From contig CAWJDT010000005.1 of assembly GCA_963841735.1 (NCBI GenBank), positions 190,944-254,943 on the forward strand: a stretch of DNA of 64,000 bases, in the 5' to 3' direction. The stretch is from an uncultured Actinomycetes bacterium (GTDB lineage Bacteria > Actinomycetota > Thermoleophilia > RBG-16-64-13). Positions 46,065-54,801 of the stretch are shown here, piece after piece (within the stretch, counting starts at the first letter, position 1; every line of letters starts with the position of its first letter). The notes below the pieces were generated by a model that was not told where the DNA came from, made no database searches, and saw only the letters and a list, made by a program, of their open reading frames with translations. A program made the translations under genes and the position numbers.

Positions 46065-47414
46065 GAACAGCCGCAGGCTCTTGGCCGCCTCGATGAGCTC
46101 GGCCTCGTCCGCCGGCCCCGCATCCCCCCAGCCAGCAATGTCGATAGTAGTTCCGCCCCGCGTCGCCACGTAGAAGAGCTCTCCAGAGCCGGAGTCGTAG
46201 ATGGCGTCCACGTGTCCGTCGACTTCTGCGGTGCGGATCAGCTTCCACCCTTCAAACGGCTTCTTGCGCTCAGGCGTCAGGATTGGATCGTATAGGTAGA
46301 TTGCGATATGGGATGGGGTCTGGTGACTCAGGTCTCTGTAGTAGATGCCAACCTGGGGCCTCATGCCTTCGGTCTTCTCCGCCGGCCTGACCATCTCCAA
46401 CGGGAGACCGTGAAACGATTCCCCCAGGTAGTAGAGCGGATACGGCACCTCTGGAGAGATCTTGGCCAGTTCCTCCAGACAGGCCGCCAGACCGACAGCC
46501 TCCTCGAGCATCTGAGGAAGCTGCTCGTCGGTCATGGGTTTCACGCCGGCCGGGAACGTCAGGCTGAACAAGGCGCTGAGGTCTGCATCCTCGACCACTT
46601 CAAGATCGGCCAGGCGGCAGGAGTAGAGAGCGCCATTCGAGCGATACATGCGATCGTCCAGCGGAAAGCCGGTGGCGGCATCGGCGAGGACTACTCTGCC
46701 GGTGGAAGCGTCCACGCCTAACTTGCCCTCGTAGCGCACGATCTCCCGGCCGTTCACCTGGCCCCGGCCCGTCTCGCGCAGCATACCCCCCGCGACCGCC
46801 TGCCGAATCTCGGCCACCGACCGCCCGATCTCTCCCTGATCCATCGCGAAAGGATCCACCTTGTCCTCAAGGACCGAGGCCTGGTAGGCCTCATACGTGA
46901 AGTCGAAGGCCTCGTTCGAAGGCGTGGAATACCACTGCAGCCTCTCTCCGGTAAACACCTGAAGCGACTCTGACTGCCCCGAGCGCTCGTTGCCGGGACT
47001 GCTCGCGGCCTGACGGAACCGACCACTAGACGGCTGATGCCAGAAGTCCATCTTGAACTCGGCCGAATTGAGTTCCCTGGTGACCAACTGCAGGTGCAGC
47101 ACTTGGTCTCCGGCATCGAGAGTCATGGGAAAACTACCAGGCAGATCCGGGGCGACAAGCCCGAAGGGTGAGTCACTCCCGACGACGAGGGCCGGGTCGG
47201 TCGAGTCGACGACGGAAGTCGAGCCAAGGGCCGTCGTGGTTGTCTGCGACGTGGACGAGACCGCGGGCCCGGCGCCTCCGACCGTGACGGCAGATTCCGA
47301 ACTGCTGCAGGCGGCGGCACCGACGACGGTGCAGATACCAAGCGCACTGACCAGCAATACTCTGGACTTGCGGCTCATGGAACGCAACGCGTTTTGCCGA
47401 GCAGTCACATCCAT
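46050..47414 (-). CDS. hypothetical lipoprotein (~455 aa)
   Basis: Probable start ATG at 47414 after AGGGGG. Lipoprotein signal MSRKSRVLLVSALGICTVVGAAAC. The listed ORF extends upstream into an R-rich out-of-frame-looking stretch. Confidence 0.5.
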   Translation of the reverse strand: MDVTARQNALRSMSRKSRVLLVSALGICTVVGAAACSSSESAVTVGGAGPAVSSTSQTTTTALGSTSVVDSTDPALVVGSDSPFGLVAPDLPGSFPMTLDAGDQVLHLQLVTRELNSAEFKMDFWHQPSSGRFRQAASSPGNERSGQSESLQVFTGERLQWYSTPSNEAFDFTYEAYQASVLEDKVDPFAMDQGEIGRSVAEIRQAVAGGMLRETGRGQVNGREIVRYEGKLGVDASTGRVVLADAATGFPLDDRMYRSNGALYSCRLADLEVVEDADLSALFSLTFPAGVKPMTDEQLPQMLEEAVGLAACLEELAKISPEVPYPLYYLGESFHGLPLEMVRPAEKTEGMRPQVGIYYRDLSHQTPSHIAIYLYDPILTPERKKPFEGWKLIRTAEVDGHVDAIYDSGSGELFYVATRGGTTIDIAGWGDAGPADEAELIEAAKSLRLFVPAP

Positions 47415-47448
47415 CCCCCTTGTGGCTCCCACCTGCCGACTGGACGCC

Positions 47449-48975
47449 CTACTCCAGAGGTATCCCCCACACCGATGACATGCCCACCCCGCCGCTCTCC
47501 GCGTTCTGCGAGAAGGTGGACGGATCGGAGTCGACGAGGGTGTAGCTCCCGGCGGGGACCACCAAGTCATCCAGCGTGACGGTCCAGTAGGCGTTAGCCA
47601 CATCGCCCTGGCCCGGGCTACCGACGGCCTGAAACGGTCCGTACATGGTGCCGTCCTCGGCCCGCAGGCCGATGGTGCCCACCCCGGGTAGTCCCCCCCA
47701 GATATAGTGGTAGGTCTGAAGCGTTGTGATCTTCGTGGTAACGTCCAGCACAAACGTGGGGAGGGTGGCGCCGGGACTCACTCCGCCGATGTTGCCGTTA
47801 CTGAAAAGCTCTTGAGGCTCCTGCGCAACGTCCTGGTCTCCGGTGGTCCCGACCGGCCGATCGAACTCCTCGCCCGTGTCGATGTCGACTACGACGAAGA
47901 TGTTGATGATCACCACAGTCGGCTGGACCACGACGATGGTGGCCGGATCGAAGTCGGGCCACTTGGTGCCTGTGTATTTGGGAGCTTTCGTGGCCAGTTT
48001 GGGCGGAGTCAACGGGTTCCCGCATTCACAGCGCACCCGGGGTACGCCGTATTGGTCGACCAGCACCATCTGCCCCTTCTGCAACACCGACTGGCGAGGG
48101 GTAGGCTTGCCGTCACGGAAGCCGTTGTTGGTGACCCTGGTGTCGCGGGTGAGCATCAGGGGGGTGAGCTCAGCGAAGTAGTCGCGGAGCTGAGAGGGCT
48201 GAATCTGGGTGCCGCCGCTCCACTTGAAGGTGGGATCGGCGTTGAGGGCGGCGCAGAAGGCCGCGGCCTTATCGGGGTTCTGTTCGAAGAACTCGAGCTG
48301 ACCTTCTTTGTCGGCCAGAGCCTTGTCTTTGGATCCGCCATACAGGGCCGGCTTGTCTCCGGAGACGGCAGCCACCTGCACAGTTCCCGGAGCGGTGGTG
48401 ACAGCTCCAATTGGCGGAGCTGTCGTAGCAACTCCAACCGGCAACGTGGTCGTCGGCGCGAGTGTGGTGGTGGGCAGGTTAAGCGACGGTGGAGGACCCG
48501 CCAGCACAAAGGACTCGCCGGTGAACGGCTCGGGTCCGGACTTGCCGGCCGCCTCCAAGAGAATCTCACCCTCTTGCTGCGCAGCGGTGGCGTCCGTGGT
48601 CGCATCCGTGGTTGCTTCGCCGGTGGCGGAGCCGGACGAGGACGACGTCACCGTGGTGTTGCCGGAGGCCGTCTTGTCCGAGTCATCACCGCGCAGACCG
48701 AAGTAAAGACCGACCCCCAATGCCGCCAGCAGTATGACCGCGGCCGCAACTATCCCAGCGATCAAGGGTCCGCGGCCCCGCCTGGCGGGCGCCGGCGACT
48801 GTGGGGGCTGCCAACCCGGGCCCCCCGGGCCGTATCCCCCCGTCATCATCGGGGGCGGCGGAGACGGCGGTGCCTGGGCGAAACCGGGAGGAGAGGGCTG
48901 CCAACCCGGAGCGCCACAGTGCACACAGAATGGCGCGCCCTCCGTCAAAGGCTGACCGCATTTCGTGCAAAGCAT
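47449..48975 (-). CDS. zinc-ribbon membrane protein with Pro-rich region, single TM and large extracytoplasmic domain
   Basis: Probable start MLCTKCGQPLTEGAPFCVHCGAP at 48975, 3 nt after AAGGAGGG. TM PLIAGIVAAAVILLAALGVGLYFGL; Thr-rich linker. Confidence 0.5.
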   Translation of the reverse strand: MLCTKCGQPLTEGAPFCVHCGAPGWQPSPPGFAQAPPSPPPPMMTGGYGPGGPGWQPPQSPAPARRGRGPLIAGIVAAAVILLAALGVGLYFGLRGDDSDKTASGNTTVTSSSSGSATGEATTDATTDATAAQQEGEILLEAAGKSGPEPFTGESFVLAGPPPSLNLPTTTLAPTTTLPVGVATTAPPIGAVTTAPGTVQVAAVSGDKPALYGGSKDKALADKEGQLEFFEQNPDKAAAFCAALNADPTFKWSGGTQIQPSQLRDYFAELTPLMLTRDTRVTNNGFRDGKPTPRQSVLQKGQMVLVDQYGVPRVRCECGNPLTPPKLATKAPKYTGTKWPDFDPATIVVVQPTVVIINIFVVVDIDTGEEFDRPVGTTGDQDVAQEPQELFSNGNIGGVSPGATLPTFVLDVTTKITTLQTYHYIWGGLPGVGTIGLRAEDGTMYGPFQAVGSPGQGDVANAYWTVTLDDLVVPAGSYTLVDSDPSTFSQNAESGGVGMSSVWGIPLE

Positions 48976-49041
48976 GATTCCCTCCTTGCGCCCGCTCCTC
49001 AGCGATACGCCCACTCCGGTGACTACATTGGCAAGCGTAGG

Positions 49042-49815
49042 CTAGTTGCCCGCAATAGTCCATAGTCTGATGGTTTCTTCCATCCAGCAGGCAGCCGCTT
49101 CCATCATGTTGCCCAGCTCTTCCTTCGGATAGGCGCCATCAGCACGCAGGGGCGGGGGATACATCGGCTCACCGAACACCTGCCTCATCCGCGGGCGATG
49201 CGTGCACTCCGAGCCGTTCCGGCGGTAGCGTTTGGTGAACACGTAGACCATCGGGAGGATGGGTGCCTGGTGGAGACAGGACATGTAGAAGGCACCTGGC
49301 TTGAAACGGTAGATCTCCTGGCTCAGGTAGACAAGATCGCCCTCGGGCAGGAAGAGCACGTGATGCCCGCGGCGCAGCGCCTCGCCCACCGGAGCCGTGA
49401 TCATCTTGAAACCCAAGGCTCTGGCCGGAATGGGAAACGCCCGCACCATGCGGAGTATGCGGCGGACAACCGGCACCTCGAAGTTCCGTTGCGCAACGGA
49501 GATGTAGAGTCTCCGCGGAAACACTGCCGCGCCTGCGAACACCGTGTCAAAGTAGTGGCAGTGGTTGGAGATGACAATACATGCCCTCTTCCGCAGAATG
49601 CGCTTGTTGGCGCGTCCGCTTACCCTTAGCCCAAAGTACACGCCGGCAAGCCCGGCAATGGGATAGAGCAGGAGCATGACCGGGAGCGTGAGAAGTGTGA
49701 ACCACCAGTCGAAGTAGATGTACTTGTACGGCTTGCGAAAATCGAGCTTCTTGGTGTCGTTGGTGACCACGAACAGCTTCTCTTGCGGAATGGTGTTCCG
49801 CTGCCTTTTCTCCAT
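49042..49815 (-). CDS. 1-acyl-sn-glycerol-3-phosphate acyltransferase (PlsC/LPLAT family)
   Basis: NHCHYFD (HX4D) and FLPEG acyltransferase motifs; N-terminal TM. Confidence 0.75.
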   Translation of the reverse strand: MEKRQRNTIPQEKLFVVTNDTKKLDFRKPYKYIYFDWWFTLLTLPVMLLLYPIAGLAGVYFGLRVSGRANKRILRKRACIVISNHCHYFDTVFAGAAVFPRRLYISVAQRNFEVPVVRRILRMVRAFPIPARALGFKMITAPVGEALRRGHHVLFLPEGDLVYLSQEIYRFKPGAFYMSCLHQAPILPMVYVFTKRYRRNGSECTHRPRMRQVFGEPMYPPPLRADGAYPKEELGNMMEAAACWMEETIRLWTIAGN

Positions 49816-49851
49816 GTTGTCGATTGGAAAGATAGAAGTCGGGCGACCCGG

Positions 49852-51006
49852 CTAGGCCATCTGCGGTTCTAGGGTCGGCTCACCGCTCAGGATCTCGCGC
49901 TCGAACTCCGCGTAGATATCCTCCATGAGGTCAAGACATCTCTCAAAGCGATACTGCTCGGCCATTTGCAGGACCTTTGCGCGGGAGGCGCGGAGCTCGT
50001 CCTTGTGCTCAAACCAATAGTCGATCTTCTTCGCAAGGTCGTCCTCGTCGTCCTTGCGGAACATGAACCGGTCGTCCAAGGCAAACTGCGGCGCGGCGCT
50101 ATAGCTGGAATCGCCTATGAGGCACGGAAGCCCACAACCGATGGCCTCAAGACACGAGAGACTCTCCAGCTCGACGATAGAACCGTGCACGTACATGTCG
50201 GCGGTGTTCAGGTACTGCAGCTTCTCTTCGTTGCTGACATAGCGGATGAGCGGCTTGTTGGGCAACTCGTCGCCGAGGCGCACAAGCTCGTCGGTCATCT
50301 CGCCCGTGCCACAGAGCATGAGAGTTATCTTGTCCGCGTACTTTGAGCGTCTGACGCCCCCGATGAGCAGCGACTGCCGCTTCTCAAGGGCATGGCGGCC
50401 GACGTTCATGAGCACCAGATTGTCGCCGTAGAAGTCCGGACGGTCGTATCTGCCGGCCGCGTACTCCCGGGGGATGCCGTTGGACACCACCCGCAGGGCG
50501 CTATTGCAGCCGTGGCCCCAGAGCATATCGGCAGCGAACTGCGAGGGACATTGTACTAGCGGCACACGATTGAAAAGCAGGAAGTTGAACAGCTTGTGCA
50601 CCGTCCACTCCAGGGACTTGCTCTCCTTGCCCATGGCCGAGATGATGTTCTGCGGCTGCACGTGGAACGCGCCCATGACGTTCTTGCCCATCTGCTTGGC
50701 GACCTTGGCCGCCCCGTACCCCAGATAGAACGGGAACTGGATCTGCACCAGGTCTACGTCGGCGAACGCCTTGCGCAGCACGTCTTTCTCGGGGACGCCG
50801 AACATGAAGTCCATCTTGTCCTGTGATTCCTTGGTGCCCGGCAGAAAGAACCCCTTGACCTTGTAGAACCGCTCTTCTTCAAGGGACTTGGTGGCGACAA
50901 TGGTGAACTTGTGCCCACGCTTCTTGAGACCTTCCACCAAGCGCATGGTGGCGATGGTGCCGCCATTGGCCCTGTTGAACGTGTCTACGACGACTGCTAT
51001 CTTCAT
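49852..51006 (-). CDS. glycosyltransferase family 4 (GT1_4-like; glycolipid synthase-like)
   Basis: Probable start MKIAVVVDTF at 51006 after GGAAGGA. C-terminal EX7E motif (ELESLSCLEAIGCGLP). Confidence 0.75.
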   Translation of the reverse strand: MKIAVVVDTFNRANGGTIATMRLVEGLKKRGHKFTIVATKSLEEERFYKVKGFFLPGTKESQDKMDFMFGVPEKDVLRKAFADVDLVQIQFPFYLGYGAAKVAKQMGKNVMGAFHVQPQNIISAMGKESKSLEWTVHKLFNFLLFNRVPLVQCPSQFAADMLWGHGCNSALRVVSNGIPREYAAGRYDRPDFYGDNLVLMNVGRHALEKRQSLLIGGVRRSKYADKITLMLCGTGEMTDELVRLGDELPNKPLIRYVSNEEKLQYLNTADMYVHGSIVELESLSCLEAIGCGLPCLIGDSSYSAAPQFALDDRFMFRKDDEDDLAKKIDYWFEHKDELRASRAKVLQMAEQYRFERCLDLMEDIYAEFEREILSGEPTLEPQMA

Positions 51007-51258
51007 TCGGGCGTCCTTCCACGTGCCTGTGCCACGAGCAGGGACCCACAACGACTCGCGACATTTAGCGAACACTTAATGTTCGGAGTTGCACATGCTA
51101 GCAGACGCGGCGGCGACCTGTCGAACGGCGCGGCCGTGTCTCACAAGCCCATCAAGATCACCGGCAGGCGAGGCAGCGCCGTACTTGGTGAGTGAGGACG
51201 ATTGGCGAGCGGTGCAGACGATCGGGCGCCTTGCGGAGCTCATCGCTCCAATACAAAC

Positions 51259-52116
51259 CTACCGCTTCGGCCAGACGATATTCCCGCTCCTGTCGATCAT
51301 GGCCTTGTATCCGTCTTCGTGACCAATGCTCACCAAGGCAAGCCCGTCCCTGAACGGCTCGGCCCAGGCGAGGTCCGGCTCGATGGCCCAGGCCCCGGTC
51401 CGGTCGATGAAGCCAAAGACCAGAACGCCGTCGTCGAATAGGCAACAGGCTGCAAGGCCCTCCGTGAACTCCTGAGCCGAGTTGAAACGCGGTTGCACGA
51501 CAACCACTCCTGTCGTATCCAGGTAACCGAACTGATCACCGATGCGGGCGGCCGCCAGGCCCTCGGAGAAGTCGAAGGCCTCATAGAACTGCGGCTGGAT
51601 GACCAGGGCCCCAAAGGTATCGACATAGCCCCACTTGCCCCCAACTCGCACCGCTGCGAGGCCGTCGTCTGTGAAGCTGCGGCCCTCGTCGTATCTCGGT
51701 TCGATCTTCCAGGCCCCGGTCTTGTCGATGTAGCCCCACCTGCCGGAAGCATCCGCCGCCGGACAGAGACCCTCCGAAAACGACCTCTCCATGAAGGCCG
51801 GCGCGTCGCCCGGCCGGATGACCCAGGCCCCGGTCTTGTCTACGAAGCCCACCGGGTACCCGTGCTCCTTCTCATCCAGCACTACACTGGCGACACCCTC
51901 GCTGAAATCCTCGGCACTGAGCAGGGTAGGCTCGATTGCCCAGTCGCTCTGTGGGTCGATGAACCCGCACGGGCCATCTCCCTTCTCCGGCGCCACACAC
52001 GCGAGTCCATCGGAAAACCAGGAGGCATAGGCGAACTGTGGCTCAATGGCCCACGCTCCCGTCCTGTCGATGTAGCCCCACTTGTCCCCTCCAACCAATA
52101 CCGGGTAGAGATGCAC
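51259..52116 (-). CDS. WG-repeat (KWG) containing protein; GTG start immediately follows an in-frame TAA that terminates a lipoprotein leader ORF
   Basis: At least six repeats of KWGY(I/V)D.(T/S)G.W.I.P.F. Same frame as the upstream ORF 52117..52338. Confidence 0.7.
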   Translation of the reverse strand: MHLYPVLVGGDKWGYIDRTGAWAIEPQFAYASWFSDGLACVAPEKGDGPCGFIDPQSDWAIEPTLLSAEDFSEGVASVVLDEKEHGYPVGFVDKTGAWVIRPGDAPAFMERSFSEGLCPAADASGRWGYIDKTGAWKIEPRYDEGRSFTDDGLAAVRVGGKWGYVDTFGALVIQPQFYEAFDFSEGLAAARIGDQFGYLDTTGVVVVQPRFNSAQEFTEGLAACCLFDDGVLVFGFIDRTGAWAIEPDLAWAEPFRDGLALVSIGHEDGYKAMIDRSGNIVWPKR

Positions 52117-52338
52117 TTAGGTCGTCTGCGAGTCGGTGGACGTGGTTGTGGCCGCACCTGTCGTCGTGGTGGCGCTGACTATGGTGGTCGTAGAATGGGA
52201 AGTGGTCGTCGTGGCCAGGATGGTGGTCGTGGGCTCTTCGCAACCGGCAGCCAACCCAGCGCCTACTCCCATACAAACTGTGATTACCGCGGCCGACAAC
52301 GCGATCGCCAGTCTTCTCATCGAATCCCCCCTCGGCAA
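52117..52338 (-). CDS. lipoprotein signal peptide + Thr-rich linker ORF (73 aa), probably the severed N-terminus of the WG-repeat protein
   Basis: MRRLAIALSAAVITVCMGVGAGLAAGC lipobox, then a TTTxxTTTT linker ending ...TDSQTT-TAA, followed in frame by VHLYPVLVGGDKWGYID. Confidence 0.4.
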   Translation of the reverse strand: MPRGDSMRRLAIALSAAVITVCMGVGAGLAAGCEEPTTTILATTTTSHSTTTIVSATTTTGAATTTSTDSQTT

Positions 52339-52531
52339 CGTCTACCCCCCCAACACGCTTGAGTATAGGCAGATTCGGGTTCGAGTCAACCGGCGCTGGA
52401 TGCTGGACAGCTGGACCCCCAGGCGGACCTAACTGGACAACTTTTGAACTTTTCCGTCAAGGTCCAACAGCTACTTCAGCGCTCCTCGACGGCGTCCTGA
52501 TCGGCCTGAGGCGCCAAAGACCCGCAGGCGT

Positions 52532-54682
52532 CTAGACACGCAATAGCCCTTCTCCGACAAGGAACTCCGCCCCATTTCCCATTCCGTAGTCCAGAAGCTC
52601 GTCGCTGAAGGAGCCCTTGAGAGCGCAGAAGTACACCTGCGCGCCGATCCTCCTGGCCATCTCGACAATCCGCGTGGCTTGGTCGAGTTTGAGTGAATCG
52701 GCCGTCCGTTTACATTCTGCGACGAGTCGTTCTGGGCCGAAGCCGAAAAAGACGTCAAAGTCCACGGTTGGTGCGCCGGGCACCGTGACATCCAAGCCTG
52801 GCCAATAGGCCATTTGAAGAGCACTCCGGTCACGGGGCGTGAAACGGCGAACTGCCGCCAAGACTGGGAGCAAGTCGTTGTCCATCATTGTTTCAGCCAA
52901 ACCATCCAGCCTAAGGTAAGACTTGGCTTCTAGTCCGTCCCCTTGAAGCAGCGGCAGGGTGAATTCAGCCCGACAGGCAAGGCAACGCATGACGTCATCA
53001 AGATCAGAAATCGGATAGAACTCCTTTGCCCCGCATTCCTCGCACTGGTAGGTTCTCCCTCGCCTGACTAGACCTGTCGCCAAGAGTCTCTCTAGAAGCG
53101 GCGCGATGTCCGCTCTGGCGAAGCCAATTTGTGACGCGATGTCGTCCAGCGTCTTGGTATTGGGCCGAAGAAGGATCAACTCGTTCTTGACCGTGTCCTG
53201 GATAAACCGGTCAAAGCCTTCAGGCTCCTCGCACTTGGCGTCCTTGAGCGCTTTAGAGATGCTCGCCTCAACCTTGCGCCTGGCGAGAGAGGCGAGATTC
53301 TCGAAGATGGCGATGGCCAGGGTGTTGGTCAACACAGACAAGCCTTCAAGTCCTCCAACTCGGTCAATGACGGCCCGCGCAAACCTTCCTGGGGGAGTAA
53401 TCTCGGCGCTCAAACCTAGGTCCTGCATGTAAGCATTCAGGGCCTCATCCGGGTCTAAGACTCTCAGCTTGAGATCAAAAGAGCGACTCGGAGACTGAGT
53501 GCGAATGCAGAACCTCCCTTGGTAGGCGTAGCCGTTTTGCTGAATCTTGGCTGCAGCTGATCTCGTAACCGGGAAGGGATTCGGCCAGGTCACCTCCAAC
53601 ACGACGCTGTTGCTGTATTTAGCCGCAAAGCCTTTAGGTACCCCGAATCGCATGGTGTTTTCCCCACGCCGCAATGCAGCGAGATCGTCGGCAAACAGAC
53701 CGCGTCTGAGCTGCCCTCCCGGGAGATATCCCGCAAACGCGAATTCGAGCGCGCGCTGCTCGCTTGCTGCCGGTCCTCTAAGCTGTTCAGTCCGAGTTTC
53801 CTCTGGCACCTCAACCATTCCAGCGGCGACTAGCTCCTGTCTGGCGGAATCCCGAATAGAGGCCGCCGCGAATATGCGCACATCCGGCTTCTGGCGAAGC
53901 CGCGACTCCGCGGCAATCCACTTGACCATCTCCGCGACAACCGCCTGCTCCTTGAGAAAGCCGACCGGCATGATAATCAGTTGCTCACGGCTACCCCAGC
54001 TCACCACGCGGGAGCGATAGTTCCAGGCCGTGCACAGGTCATCAAAGCTGTCCGTCTGGACGACGTAGATGAATCTGTCATAAGCGGGAGAGACTTGCTC
54101 ATGTAGGTCGATCAGGCGGACTGATTGCGCGAGCGGCGAGACGCCAGAGGTTTGGCCGTCAAGCAGCGCGAGCTTCGCTGCCAATTCAGTTGGGGCCGCA
54201 CGCAAAGAGAAGGCTTCTTCATACGCTCCTCGATCTCCCGGATTCAGCGAGCCCCAGATGATGGTTTCGACATCTGGCAGAGGATCTTCATTGACGGAGG
54301 GAATAGTGAGCAGGTACTTCGAGGAAGAGTCTCCCGAGAGCCAGAGATTCAGCGGATGAAGATACCAGTCCGTTAGCTTCGGGTGAATCTGCTGGACATT
54401 GATTCGTGGAAACAGCTCTCGGATTGCTGCCGCCGAGAACGCAGAGTGATAGAAGACTGTCTCCACATCGCGAATCGCGGTATAGGCGCCAGTAGCGGGG
54501 TCCATTTCTGGCGTCCCCTCCGAGACCGGAATCACGAGAGCGTTCGCTCCGTTCCAGATTTCCGAGGCATTTCGGGCAACACTGGCTAGGGCCGAGATAT
54601 CTCCTCGCGGAATGACAAACCCCAGTTCGGGTCCCCGGAGGCCATACGAGATTCGCTGCTGTGATAGCTCACCTTGCCCCAT
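52532..54682 (-). CDS. large hypothetical protein (716 aa) with winged-helix-like segment, CxxC...CxxC zinc ribbon and C-terminal PD-(D/E)xK-like nuclease motif; candidate defence gene
   Basis: LDDIASQIGFARADIAPLLERLLATGLVRRG (wHTH-like); YQCEECGAKEF...RCLACRAEF (Zn ribbon); DFDVFFGFGPERLVAECKR (D...ExK). No P-loop. Reduced GC. Confidence 0.5.
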   Translation of the reverse strand: MGQGELSQQRISYGLRGPELGFVIPRGDISALASVARNASEIWNGANALVIPVSEGTPEMDPATGAYTAIRDVETVFYHSAFSAAAIRELFPRINVQQIHPKLTDWYLHPLNLWLSGDSSSKYLLTIPSVNEDPLPDVETIIWGSLNPGDRGAYEEAFSLRAAPTELAAKLALLDGQTSGVSPLAQSVRLIDLHEQVSPAYDRFIYVVQTDSFDDLCTAWNYRSRVVSWGSREQLIIMPVGFLKEQAVVAEMVKWIAAESRLRQKPDVRIFAAASIRDSARQELVAAGMVEVPEETRTEQLRGPAASEQRALEFAFAGYLPGGQLRRGLFADDLAALRRGENTMRFGVPKGFAAKYSNSVVLEVTWPNPFPVTRSAAAKIQQNGYAYQGRFCIRTQSPSRSFDLKLRVLDPDEALNAYMQDLGLSAEITPPGRFARAVIDRVGGLEGLSVLTNTLAIAIFENLASLARRKVEASISKALKDAKCEEPEGFDRFIQDTVKNELILLRPNTKTLDDIASQIGFARADIAPLLERLLATGLVRRGRTYQCEECGAKEFYPISDLDDVMRCLACRAEFTLPLLQGDGLEAKSYLRLDGLAETMMDNDLLPVLAAVRRFTPRDRSALQMAYWPGLDVTVPGAPTVDFDVFFGFGPERLVAECKRTADSLKLDQATRIVEMARRIGAQVYFCALKGSFSDELLDYGMGNGAEFLVGEGLLRV

Positions 54683-54801
54683 GCCGACGTTCCTCCTGAA
54701 GAAAGTAGCCGCCTTGCCGAGCTAGCTGGGCAGTGCCAAGCATAGCGCGACCTCAGCTGGACGACAGCCAGTAATACGCTTAGCTATCCGATAAGTCGCG
54801 A

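Noticed and set aside
52370-52395. GGGTTCGAGTC at the left edge of the low-GC island, resembling a tRNA T-arm / att remnant
   Set aside because: The flanking sequence does not pair into a T-stem or acceptor stem. It is at most a degenerate fragment, not reportable as a tRNA or att site.
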